DNA of 60,270 nucleotides, filler included, from Dugesia japonica (lineage: Eukaryota), in assembly GCA_001938525.1 (NCBI GenBank). It is 6 parts of 6 records of this genome, joined end to end, with 100 filler letters (N's around TTAATTAATTAA, not from the genome) between each part and the next. Parts side by side here need not be neighbours in the genome. Positions count along the whole stretch, not along the records: positions 32,084 to 41,872 come from MQRL01592817.1; positions 41,973 to 51,586 come from MQRL01639009.1; 4 more parts are not named here. One strand, given 5' to 3'. Below, piece by piece: positions 37,761 through 50,279 of this stretch. The stretch's first letter is position 1, and each line of letters opens with the position of its first letter. The translations under genes were made by a program, and so were the position numbers. Under the pieces are notes generated by a model, which did no database searches, had not been told where the DNA came from, and saw only the letters and a program-made list of their open reading frames with translations.

Positions 37761-40700
37761 ATGGGGAGAAGTAAGAATAAAAATAAACTGCAATTAAAAT
37801 ATGAAAATCATAATAATGATGATAATATTATGTCGAATAATAAACTTAAGGATGAAGAAAATCATTTAGACGAAAACGAAAGCGATGATTCAGAAGTATG
37901 TTATGTTTTTATTTTACTTTATATAATGCTTGATTTATAGAGTGTATTAAATAATCCAATATTGTTAAATCATATTAACGATATACAAAATGTCAATGAA
38001 AACATTTTGGTATGGAGTGATGAGGATGTCATTGACGATAATAAGAGTAAAGTCTTTCATGAAATGGTCAAAACCGAAATAATTAAAAAATCAATTAAAA
38101 AAAGCGCATTTTCCAAATATTTAAAATCTAGCCTTAAGGAAATCAGTAAAATTAATATATTTGCTCTTAGTGGAATTATTATGAAAAGCGACGACTCGTC
38201 AGATAAGAATAATATTATTTTAAATGAAATATCCAGCAATAACTATTCAACAATTGAAACCAAGTATATTTCATTTAAATGGTAATTAGTGATTATTATT
38301 TTCTCTAAATTTTCAGAAATTCTAAAAGTACAGAAAATTTGAATATTTTAGATTTTCCAGAAGAAATTGAAAGTAAATTTTATTATAATTATTTTGGTAA
38401 ATAAATGTTAATTTAAATTTGAATTAATTAATTAATTAAATAGTAAAACTATTTGTGATAATAATTTTTTAATAATTTTGTTAATAGATGTTGATGCAAA
38501 TTGTCAGCAATTAAAGTTATCAGAAGTAGCTTCTAGTCTCATTGAACGTCCAGTTCGTCGTTCTGGTCGATCTGCAAAAATTAATTACAAAGAAATGTTG
38601 AATGTGCAAATTTTTGAAGTTGTCAGATCATCAGAACAACAACAACAACATAACGATGGAATTTCTCCTAAGAAGAAGAACAATAGAATTAAACGGGAAC
38701 TGTCTAAACGGTTGTCGATAAATAATGAATTGGAAGATGATAATAATTTAGTTGGTGAAGAAAACGAAGATAAGAAAATTAGGAAAAGTGAAGTTGAAAG
38801 AAAAGAAGTGGATAATGTTTCACGATTGGATTGGTGTAATGAAGAGGAGCAAGTGAAACCATTGAGTGAAATAGCAGGGGATTATCGAGGAGAGCAGAAT
38901 GAGTGCGGTGAGTCGTCATCATCACCAACAACAACAACAGCAACAGTGAAACAACAGTTATCGAAAGGAAGCGTGACGGTAACGGCACACATAAAGAAGC
39001 GGTTCAGCAAGGATTTATCGAGACAGTGCGTGTTGTGCCAGAAACCAGTGATGGGCAGCAACAGGTTCCTCAATTTGTGCTACAAATGCATGGTGGCATC
39101 ATCAAAGATCATTTTGAAAATGGGACTGAACGATAATTGGAGCGAGGTTGCTAATTTGTTGGTGTGTCTCGATATACCACCGTGTTACGATAAGAACAAT
39201 GGAGATGATGATGGGGATCTGTGTGACGCGTGCCAAGTTCAGAATCTAATCAGCAAGCGTGTCGAATGGGGGCCAGATTTCAATTTTATGAGTTGTGTGT
39301 CGCTGGAACAGTTGCGCTCGACAGACTCTGTTAGGAAATCTCGATTAGCGAGTGAGAAACAAATAGAATGTTGGTTGAACGCATTCCAGGGCGCGGAGGA
39401 CTGGAACAAGTCGTGCATATTGGGGGAGAATCAACCTCTGTCGACATTATGCAAATGGGATATTCGATATTTCCAGCATTCCTCGACATTTCCACGTGGA
39501 ACTAGTTGTGATTTGTGTCGATCTGTACCAGCAGAGACGAGCAACCGTCTCTATTCGGTCTTACCTGCAGTCACTGTCGACAGGGAGGAGAACAAACATG
39601 CAATAGTTTGTCACAACTGTCTGCTGCTTGCACACCGCGCATACAACTCACGTATTGATCGTCCCCAATGTTCCTCTCCGTGCGCAGATCTCACAAACTG
39701 TTCGTTGTGCCTTCTCAACCGTCTGGGTGCTCTCTGCCCACTCAGTTCCATCAAATATCGATATTTCCTGAGAACAAGCAGCTCCTCAGCGAGTATGTGC
39801 GAGATCTGCATCCGCAACGATTCGAATCTGATAGCGGTGATCCGCGGGGGCAACCGCGTGTGCCACATTTGCATTTGTCGGATCAAATTGTTCCATTTCA
39901 AGCAGTCACCATCGCTGCCTCCGTCTGTTCCTCCTGTTCCTCCTGCTGCTCCTCCTGCTCGTTGTGAACTCGGGGAATCGTGTTCCATCAGTAAATGTGA
40001 CGCATGCTTAGTGGATTTGGCGGGCAGAGTTGTCGATGTGCACCAGATCATCTCGCATTTCCACAAATGTGACTACAACATTACCAGTAGCACCAGCGGT
40101 ACCAGCGGTACCAGCAGCAACAATCTGATCGCGAGGAAATCTACGAAACGATCAATAGAAGAGAGTAATCGAGACGATCCGAGTGGAGAAACTAAATCAA
40201 AGCGGCAATACACAGCTCCATCGGCAGCAGCAGCAGCAGCATCATCATCATCATTGTCAGTGAATGTGAATGTGAATGTGATCCCCAGTTCCCCCCCTGC
40301 CCCTCCATCTCTCAATGATCACCACCAGCAACAGCACCAGCAGCAGCACAGACCACGCAGGATCATCAAGAACACACAATTCAATGACTTCATTGTCGAC
40401 AAGTGCTTGCTGCGCAAAACGATGAATGATCGAGTAGTGCTCACTTCCAGTTCCTCGACAATGAATACTCAGAGAAAATTGGTGGCAACTGAGGGTGAGG
40501 GTGAGGGTGAGCATGAGCATGAGCATGAGGCATCACTGGGTGTCGTTATTGATCAGCAGGAGAACCAGGAGAAACTTGGTGATGGTGGCAATGACAATGA
40601 GGAGGAGGAACATGAGGAACAGGAAGAGAGCAAGTGTGGGAGTGGCGCAATTGATAGTTATTCAGAGAATACTGCTGATGGTAACCAACAAGAACAACAA

Positions 40701-41714
40701 GAACAAGAACAAGAACCACAAGTTATTTCTGCAGCAAATCTGTATCAACAAATGATCACCAGGAAGAACGAAGATAGACCAATAGGAAGCGCAGTAGGGG
40801 AACCAAGCGAGGAAATGCCTAATAATAATGAGGAAGTGTCATTGTTGAAACCGTGTCGACGCATCAAGCAAGCGATGCCAACAGTAGTTCAAGTGACCAA
40901 CAGAAATGACCAACAACAACAGATTGTGAGTGGAGCAGGAACAGAAGGAACACCAATTACAGAGAGCATCACTAGCAGCACAGGAATAAGCACAGCAATG
41001 CTGTCACGGAACACAAATGGACCACGAGTGAAGCAAGTCAGCAGACAACATGTGAACCATGGTGAGTGTTGTAGTTGTAGTTGTGCTCTGCCAGCAGCCA
41101 GCAGTACAGAGGAACCTGTCCACCAACAAGAACACCAGTGCTACTGCTACTGCTCTCTCATCTACTGATCTTCTNNNNNNNNNNNNNNNNNNNNNNNNNN
41201 NNNNNNNNNATATATATATATATATCTTCTTTACCATTTCCTATCTTCTTTATCATTTCAGCTGACCTCAATCTCGACATGCAATCTCGACAGAAGTGCG
41301 TGATCAAGCGAGGCAACCGAATTATCAAGAAGCCTGAGAGCATGTCTAGCTACATCATGGACTATGAGGACCACAGAGCAGGACGGAGAATCTACGAGAA
41401 TGATGCTGAACATGATTATGAGAAAGATACGCGATCTGAAGACAAGGAGTCCTCTGAGGAGGAGTTGAAGTTCCACGCTGACAAATTAGCCTCATTTGGT
41501 AACCAAACATCAACAACAACAGCAGCAACAGGAGGATTGGACAACAACAGTAGCGATATGAGATGTGGCGTGTGCACCGGGTGTTCACGCAATCGGTGCT
41601 GCGGTAAATGTGATCCGTGTTTGTGAGTTTGATTGGTTGACATTTGTTATCAATATTTATCTTTCTTCATAACAGATTGAACAAATCCCAGAGGAGGAAA
41701 ACAGAGACTTGTGT
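37761..41714 (+). CDS. Cys-rich nuclear protein: three nuclear-receptor-like Zn modules plus CXXC zinc finger (possible KMT2/Trithorax-like N-terminus); 3' end missing
   Basis: Phase-compatible exons 37761-37895, 37941-38263, 38317-38372, 38488-41061, 41262-41622 and 41676-41714. CXXC motif: RCGVCTGCSRNRCCGKCDPCLLNKSQRRKTETC. Confidence 0.85.
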
Positions 41715-41737
41715 GTGAGTATTTGTGTTAGATTGCT

Positions 41738-41872
41738 ATGTGATGTGGTGTATTGAGGTGTGATTTGGTGTATTGAGGTGTGATGTGGTGTATTGAGGTG
41801 TGATGTGGTGTGTTGAGATGTGATGTGGTGTGTTGAGGTGCGATGTGGTGTGTTGAGATGTGATGTGGTGTG
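41738..41872. repeat. 20-bp tandem repeat (TGTGATGTGGTGTRTTGAGR)
   Basis: About 7 copies running into a gap. Confidence 0.9.
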
Positions 41873-41972
41873 NNNNNNNNNNNNNNNNNNNNNNNNNNNN
41901 NNNNNNNNNNNNNNNNTTAATTAATTAANNNNNNNNNNNNNNNNNNNNNNNNNNNNNNNNNNNNNNNNNNNN

Positions 41973-42191
41973 TCTTTTCTGAGTGGTTTCTTGTTGTAAA
42001 TTTTAGGTTTTGTTGATTATTTCGTTGGTTTTAACTACCAATCTCGTTTTCCTTTTAATTATTTCCTTCTTTCACTGAACTATGTTCTTCATAGGTCGGA
42101 ATGCTTCGCTTACTTTTCTAACGACAATTTTTTAACTTCGAGTCTACTTGTCGCCATTTTTATTTTCGGTACCCGGTGTTTCACCTCAACA
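41973..42191 (-). mobile_element. 5' end of a related TGTTG LTR copy
   Basis: Reverse complement begins TGTTGAGGTGAAACACCGGG..ATGGCG. Confidence 0.7.
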
Positions 42192-42439
42192 AATATATTC
42201 AAAGTATTGCTTTTTTTGTATTACTATTAATTCAAACTTTTGACGATAGTCTTATTCGGAATTTATTTTTAAATTAATCAATATTATAAAATGTATGAAT
42301 CGAATTATATTTATAATTAATTAAATAATAGTTATTGTTTAATTTATTTTTATTATTTATGTCCTAGATATATTTTATGTATAAATTTTTGACATTTATT
42401 TTTTTTAATAATTAATTTTTTTAATCATTTTTTCTATAA

Positions 42440-42487
42440 TTTATTATTATTATATTGATTATTATATTATTATTATTATTATTATTA

Positions 42488-42531
<44 letters not shown>

Positions 42532-42581
42532 NNNNNNNNNNNNNNNNNNNNNNNNNNNNNNNNNNNNNNNNNNNNNNNNNN

Positions 42582-42646
<65 letters not shown>
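42440..42646. repeat. (ATT)n microsatellite
   Basis: Direct observation. Confidence 0.95.
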
Positions 42647-42647
<1 letters not shown>

Positions 42648-45099
42648 TTTAATTTCATAATTTTATCAGGGAAGAAAATCATGTACCATTTACTAGTTTT
42701 TAAAAAAAATATTAATATATAAAGAGTTTATCATACCGACTCCAAATTTTCCACACAAAACCATTGAAGTATAGAATTTTACTTCATAAACCGATGAAAC
42801 ACAGAATTCAGTTTATTACTTTATAACTTTTTGTAATTTTATATATTATTCATCATTATTATTTATTGTGAATGTAACGATAAAAAATTGAAATTGTTAC
42901 GGATCAGAATAAATAAAATTTGCGATATGAACCATAAAATTGTAAATGATTACTTGAAAAGTGTTTGCTCTATTTAACAAAGGTAATGTTTTCCTTTTGC
43001 AGATGGAAAATATTAAAAAAAACATGAACATAATTTACTTCGCAAAAAATTTGTTATTTAATGAAAATTGTAATGTTAATATAATATTTTTAAAGTTCAA
43101 TTTTTCAATTGATTTCAATTAATAAATAAGACGATCTATTTTTCAACTTGAAATTAATTAATGATTTGAAAATTTTTTTTAATGATTTTTTAATTTTTAA
43201 CTAATAATTTCTAAAATTTTTATTTTATTTTTATTTAAAATCTTTAACTTGATTCAATCAAAATAACCATAGAAACGTTTATTTCAAAAGTGTTATTTTA
43301 TTTATTTTAAGTAAAAATAAATTAAGGCCATTTAATAAAATATTTAATAAAATAATTATATAATTTCAATCATACAATCTCAATAAGTAATCAATAAAAC
43401 AATTTAAGAGAGATGGTGAATCCGTCAACTAAACATTAATTTTACAATTTCATGAACTTATCAACAAATCTTTGCATATCACTTTCTCCTAATAATTATT
43501 AAATCCACTGCATAAGATTTTAAAATCAGAAAACCCTGATATTGAATTTATACATTTTCTTCGATGCTCATCAATATTACTAATTCAACTATTTCGACGG
43601 ATTCAATATTGCTCTTAAAATTATTTTATTGATTATTTCTTGAGATTGTATGATTGAAATATCAATAATCATAAAAACTTTATAAATAGTTTGTTTTAAT
43701 AATCATTAATTTTCTGATGATATCGGTTTATTCCGTCGAAATTAATTGCGAAGAAATATTTTTTTAAATGACGTTCTTTTATTTTAATGAAAAAGTTTCC
43801 TATATTGTTTGTATTTTAAAAACATTTTGTTTTCAATTATTAAAAATCAAAATTAAAGTTGCCTATTCAATTAATCTTTTCTTATAAAATCATTGAAAAA
43901 ATACTGTAAATTATTATAAAATAATAGATAATCGTTTATTTTTTTATTTATCAGTTTATCACTACAAATTAAACGAATACAAATGAATACTCTTTATAAT
44001 TAAAATGATATTTATTTCAAGATTTATTAAGATATTTATTGACAAATAAAGAAAAAAAACTTACAACATATAATCAATCAGATAATCTTTAATTAAAAAA
44101 TTTAGAAAAAATGAAAAATCTTTGCCTTATTAACTTTGTAAATTTTCTAAAAAAAATATATATAATTATCAAAAACTGTAATTTCTGAATTTTTTTTTCG
44201 AATGTCTTACAGTAGTAACAAATATTTCTCTAATTTTCTGCTTTTTTGTCTGATCCATTAACTTTATAATCATTGTCCATTAATAACTCGATCAAAAATG
44301 ATAATTCTAAGTGATTATTGATTTTTCTTAGTTTTTGTACTAATCTATTAGATATAATTTTATACCGGAACTCATAGAAGATTTTATTTAATAAGAAATA
44401 TAATAAAATATAATTTAATTTAATGATTCCTGAATTTATTTAGGACTAAAATTGAAAAGTCTTTTTAAACCATAATGAAATATTTAATTTTTGATTTAAT
44501 GATTTCTTTCATTAAAACAAATATTGGTTTTATTATTTCTGTATTATTAATTGATAAAATTATGTTCACAAATCTAAGGATTATAATGACTTAACGTTTC
44601 CATTCACAACACACTTTAGACTATCCCGTAAGAATAATGATACACTAACATCGGATTACGTTTCAAATTGTCTGAGACAAAAGAGTTAATCTATTTGTAA
44701 ATGCATTAAAACTTTGTTCGGAAATAAACGGTTCTTGATAGTAACTTCATCAATATAGTTCAGACTCATTAACATTTGGTCAAGAAAATGGTTGTCTTGA
44801 TCGAAATTGCTTTGCTGCTTAAACTTAAAGTTTGGCTACACAATTTTACACTACTACAGTGGCTTCTGGGTTTAAATATTATAAAGTAATTCTTTTATAA
44901 TTGAGTGCACAAACATTTATTTTAACAATTTTTTAATTTTAATAATTATCTTTAAACAATTTATACAATCTTAACAAGTTCTTGTTACAGCAAATACGTT
45001 AAAAATAAAATTAGAGGTCATAAATTTGTGATATTTTCGGGTAATGAACACAACTCACCGAAAATTCCCCTCATACCATTTAACCCTGACCAATTTCTA

Positions 45100-45620
45100 T
45101 GACGNACCTACAAGAAATCAAGCTCACTTGCTTTGTCGCTGCACATTACTGTACAACCTCACTCCAGCATTGGTAGCTGTACTATAATAAACTGTGAAGG
45201 AGAACTAATTGTTAAATCGATAGTTACTCACAGGCAACCCGTCAAACATTACCGATTCCACACACATGGATTACAAAAAAAACAAGTCCGAGGAAACTGA
45301 GATGTAGAGGATGCAAAGGTAGAGATCAGGAAATTCCTTGATGGAAAGATCATCATAGGAATAGTTGTTTTCTAAATTTCTTGAAGCAATCGTATCTTCC
45401 TACTCCAGAGTCCTAGGAATCAGAGACCTTGGAGGAGCAAAATGCATCGAAAAGTTAGGATTCCAAAAATGAAAAGAAGCTTAAAGAATAGCTTACCACC
45501 AGAATCAAGTTTTACACAGAGAATATGTGACATTGACCATTGATCTTCAATCTGAGACCCAACCAAATCGATTCAAAAGAGTTTTATAAAAATACGTAAT
45601 CAATGGGAAGATCACATTAC
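45100..45620 (+). pseudogene. DEDDh (REX4/ISG20-like) exonuclease-fold remnant
   Basis: IGSCTIINCEGELIVKSIVTHRQPVKHYRFHTHGL..DAKVEIRKFLDGKIIIG..IRDL; intronless, with stops. Confidence 0.6.
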
Positions 45621-46622
45621 TCGATCACATAACACGATACTAATGTAAAAGATGAATTTGGTNNNNNNNNNNNNNNNNNNNNNNNNNNNNNNNNNNNNNN
45701 NNNNNNNNNNNNCAAGAGACTGAACCAAAAATGGACACATATAATACGGCTAAAGTACCATCTATAAAGCCAGAACAACTAGAATCCCCCAAAGTTATTG
45801 CTATAAATATAGACAAAAGATATCAAAGTGACGAAATCACCAGTTTAACTAAAGTTCCAACCCTCCAAAGAAGGAAACAAACCACCACCGTTTATCAAAG
45901 ACGAACCAGGAACCGAGGAATCTATGTGCAAGCGATATGATTATCCCTGCAGACGATGAAAGCTGAATAAAATTTAGTACATGCTTAGACTTGGANAGCT
46001 CACAAGCCCTCTAATTCCAAAAGCCCGGAGGAAGTTTGAAAAACCGTATTGAGGTTTATGACGGAAAAAGCTCAATTGCACGGCTTTATTTGATAGCGGT
46101 CGAAATACAGGATTATTTTATGTTGGTATTCGTATCATTCAACTTTAACGCGAGACCTATATCAAACAAACGTCTGCAAATAATACCATATCCGAAAAAG
46201 CTATCCCGCGTTAGACTATCCAAACCAAAGAAAAATAAGTCTTCCTAATCCCAGTACCAGTATAGAGTAAAAGCAAAGTTCGGATAGGGAAAGCGTTAGC
46301 GTTTGTAGCTACTAACACTCTGCTCTATCATCAATCCAATCGCAATGAGAACTCTAGCGTTTTGAGCTACTCTCGTTCGTCATTGTTACCAACCCATTAT
46401 TTCAATCCAAAAATTGTATCAATACAAAATGAGAACCATAGTTGTAATCACCTACTAGCGTTCTCCATTATTTCTATTAAAGATATAGTCATTTTATCTG
46501 TGGATATAAGTTAAAATACTGTATGATATCAGGCTTTATTTTATTACGTGTCATAATTCCTTTTTTATAAATAAAATTACTTATATGTATATTTTAGATT
46601 TTGGGACAAAAACATATTTTTT

Positions 46623-46660
46623 GGGGGAATGATATGTTAGGGTCGTAAGCTAAGCTTACA
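46623..46660 (+). promoter_or_regulatory. Polypurine tract and probable 3' LTR start
   Basis: TTTTTT-GGGGGAATGATA followed by TGTTAGGG at 46635. Confidence 0.5.
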
Positions 46661-48887
46661 TAATTATAGTTTAATTTGTATCTTGTTTAAATTATACAAG
46701 GTTATTTATACATTATTTAGGTTAATTATTAATTATAAACTTAATTATTATTTTGTTACTAAACTATTATTTTAATTACTAAAATTAGTTTCATATTATT
46801 TTATTTTACATAATTGACATTAAAAATTTATATTTGACATTAAAAATCGCTATACTTAGCAATCTGTAATTTTCCAAAAATTTCACTTTAAGTGCATTCA
46901 GCACAATATAAAATTAATTTTATAGCAGTAAAGCTACAATTGATTTGAATTATTTCTTGGTTAAAAATTAACAGTTAAGTTAAAGTTTATTTAGAATTTA
47001 TCTATTTTATATTTTTGGAGTGAATAAAAATCAGTTTAGATTATTATTAAATTCCTTTTTAAATAGATTATTAGTTATTAGATAATAATACAGTGGTTTA
47101 AATACTGATATATTATTTGTTATTTTGTTGAAAAAGTTCTAGCGCTTAAAATTAATATCTTGATTAATTACGTGTCGTGAGGAAACTTAGACCCAACATT
47201 CATTTTTATCAGTACAATATTGTAATACCGGTATTCTTCTGTCAACTAAAATTATAAAGTGCAGTTCTTGCTTCACCCGTAAAATCAATCGACACTTTTT
47301 TTAAGTATAATTTTCATTAGTTTGATAATTTTAAATATATTCGATTTAATTTAGTAAAGTGTATAAAATAAAAACGTGTTCTCTTAATAATTTATTGTTA
47401 TTATTATATTGAATTATTATAATAAAATAAATTCACGCATTTTAATGTTTAAATTTTGGAGTCAGCAAATTAAATTGTTATTTTTTACCCACGAGGTCTA
47501 ACATATTATATCATTAGACATAAATGAAAAATTTGACATTTTCATATGGTATTATTTAAACAAATATTTAAGTAATATTTTGATTTAAGGAATATTTGAT
47601 GATTATAATAACAAAATAAAACATTTTTACAATTTCAATAATGACATTTTATAAAATTAAAAATATATGGAAATTTTAAAACCTAAATTTAAATCTAAAT
47701 ATTTTTATTAATTTATTCAAAAGAGTTGTATGTACATTATTACTGGAATTATGAAATCTATTCATTGTGAGGCGTTACATTTTTTGATAAAAATATTTAT
47801 TTATTTTAAATTTGTAACTTTTTATTTTAACTTTAGCATGCGAGAAAGAGTGAAATTAATATTAGAAATAGTATGAGTATAAATGCAACTAGTAACCTCT
47901 TATTTGCATAAAGCGAATTATATATTATTAAAATTAGTATGTATTTATCTCAAATTATCAGAATAACTGAAAAGTTAAAACAACTTAAAATCACAGATAG
48001 AAATAACTAAATAATTCCAACTCAATTCTTTCAATTACCACATGGTAAATTAACTGATTTTGGTTTCGGATACAAGCAAATATTGTGTAGAATAAATAAA
48101 TTTCAACGTTAACTAATTAAAACCCATTTTTAATCTTCACAACTTATAAGTAAAACTAAAAATGAAAAATAATTTTTTACAATTTTCTTTTAATCTGTTA
48201 CAGTTATAATCGGTTTCGATTAAACTCAACAAACTAAACAATTTTATTGTAACATAAAGATACTTTTTTCTCCAAAAAAAAAAATTGGTAAAAATAAAAA
48301 TCAATTATAATCCATTTAACAAATAAATTACCAATCGGAAATTAATTCAATCTGTTCGAGTGGATCACATTTGAATTTTAGAGCACTGTTGGAAATAATA
48401 GAAAATTAATTCATTGAAATTCTGCGATATTTAATATGTACCTATATTAATTCATATTATAAAAGAAAATTTTATCTCTGTAGATAAAAATGAAAACGAT
48501 TTCAATTGTTAATATTCCATAGATTGGATTTTCCTAAAATCTCAATTTCAATTTTCTATATATTAAATAAATATAAAAATTAATAAGTAGTTAAATATTT
48601 GATAAATGTTAACAATGCAACAAAACAATAATCAGATAAAGATTTATTATTATTCATGAAAATTTATTTGGTTCCAGACAGAAATGAGGTGAGAACAGCT
48701 GTAGAAATAGTCTGATATTATGTGATTTTTAATAAGTAATTTTATTTATTTATAATATTTAAAAGAAAAGTTTTTATAATTATTAATGAAGTAACTGTCG
48801 GATTTGAAAAATATAACTTTCAGTATTGAGGTAATACTCCAACAATGTTGGTCTTTTTCCCGAAAATCCTATTATTCGTCATTGATT

Positions 48888-49007
48888 CTTATTATTATTA
48901 TTATNNNNNNNNNNNNNNNNNNNNNNNNNNNNNNNNNNNNNNNNNNNNNNNNNNNNNNNNNNNNNNNNNNNNNNNNNNNNNNNNNNNNNNNNNNNNNNNN
49001 NNNNNNN

Positions 49008-49061
<54 letters not shown>

Positions 49062-49080
49062 GTTATTATTATTATAATTA
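48888..49080. repeat. (ATT)n microsatellite
   Basis: Direct observation. Confidence 0.95.
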
Positions 49081-49094
49081 TGCATTAAAAAAAT

Positions 49095-49560
49095 ATCACT
49101 TATAAAATAACATGCACCTAATGTAAGCATACATATATAGAAGAAACATGCGAAATAATTAGAACTAGAATTAAGGAACATAAAAAAAGATAATTTTTCA
49201 AATACTTTCAATAGAAACATAAAATTTCACCAGAAAAACATCACATAACATGGAAAACATATCGAACAGTTTGCAATTATACATTATACGTGAAGAAACA
49301 TGATAAATATTAATAAAAGAGGATAAACCTATAATCAATGTAGTTTATAATAATTATAATAATTAAAATAAATTAAATTTAAATTAATTTAAATTACCCA
49401 ATAAAATTTCAATAAAATCCAACAATTTCTGACAAATTTTCTAATATTGGTTAAATCAATCTTCAATCAATCCTGAAGAAGACAAAAGTCGAAAATTCGA
49501 AATACTAACAACAACTAAAATAAAATTATAAAAAATATAAAAAATCCATAAATTTACACA
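49095..49560 (+). mobile_element. Penelope-like element 3' remnant: GIY-YIG endonuclease fragment plus hammerhead core
   Basis: YKITCT*CKHTYIEETCEIIRTRIKEHKK (49101-49190); CTGAAGA-A-GAC-AAAA-GTC-GAAA at 49473-49494. Confidence 0.8.
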
Positions 49561-50240
49561 GAAGGTCTTATTAAATAGAATATGAATATATTATCTTTAC
49601 ATTTTGTTTCCTTTTAAATTTAAACTAAAATGTTTTCAAAAAAATAGATAATTTGCATCTTCTTTTAAGATCTTTATCACAGAACAAATGAAATCTATAT
49701 AATACTACATTAAAAAAAATTTTCAAATCAAAATTGTAATTTATATATATTTCTAGACGTTATTTGATTAACTCGTTTTAATTTTCCTTTTTTCTTGTAA
49801 ATTTTACTACACAATTGGATCATATAACTATTGAATATTATTAGAATTTCAAAGTTTTGTAACAGTTGTTTATTTTCTTTAAGTTATATTATAAAAAGTA
49901 TTTTAAACTAAGTATTTCGCTACTCATTATAAAGTACTTAAAATACTATTAATATAACTCTTAAATTTATTAAATGAAATACGAGGTATTAATATTTAAA
50001 TTTAATTAGAAAATGTTTCAACAGATTAATTAGTCATTGCGTAAATCATATAGAATTNTTAAAATTGCAAATGTCAAAGTTGTTTCACTTTTATTTTACT
50101 AGATTGTTCTGTATTAATCAGCAACGATAATCTATTTATTTATTTTGTTTATTTAATGCCGTAAATTCTTAGCCAATGAAAATTGATTAATATAGGATTG
50201 AGTTTTTATTCAGAATTATAAAGCTAACATAAATTGAACA

Positions 50241-50279
50241 ATCGTTCCTGATGAAGACTTTGTCGAAATATTGAACAAT
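50241..50279 (+). ncRNA. Minimal type I hammerhead ribozyme
   Basis: ATCGTTC-CTGATGA-A-GAC/TTT/GTC-GAAA-TA-TT-GAACAAT; the stem I arms are complementary. Confidence 0.8.

Noticed and set aside
41062-41168. C-terminal ECCSCSC...CYCYCSLIY end of the 896-aa ORF
   Set aside because: More likely intron read-through: a GTGAGT donor at 41062 splices in phase to the CXXC exon at 41262.
43300-44900. Possible decayed minus-strand coding sequence
   Set aside because: No frame or motif could be recognised with confidence.
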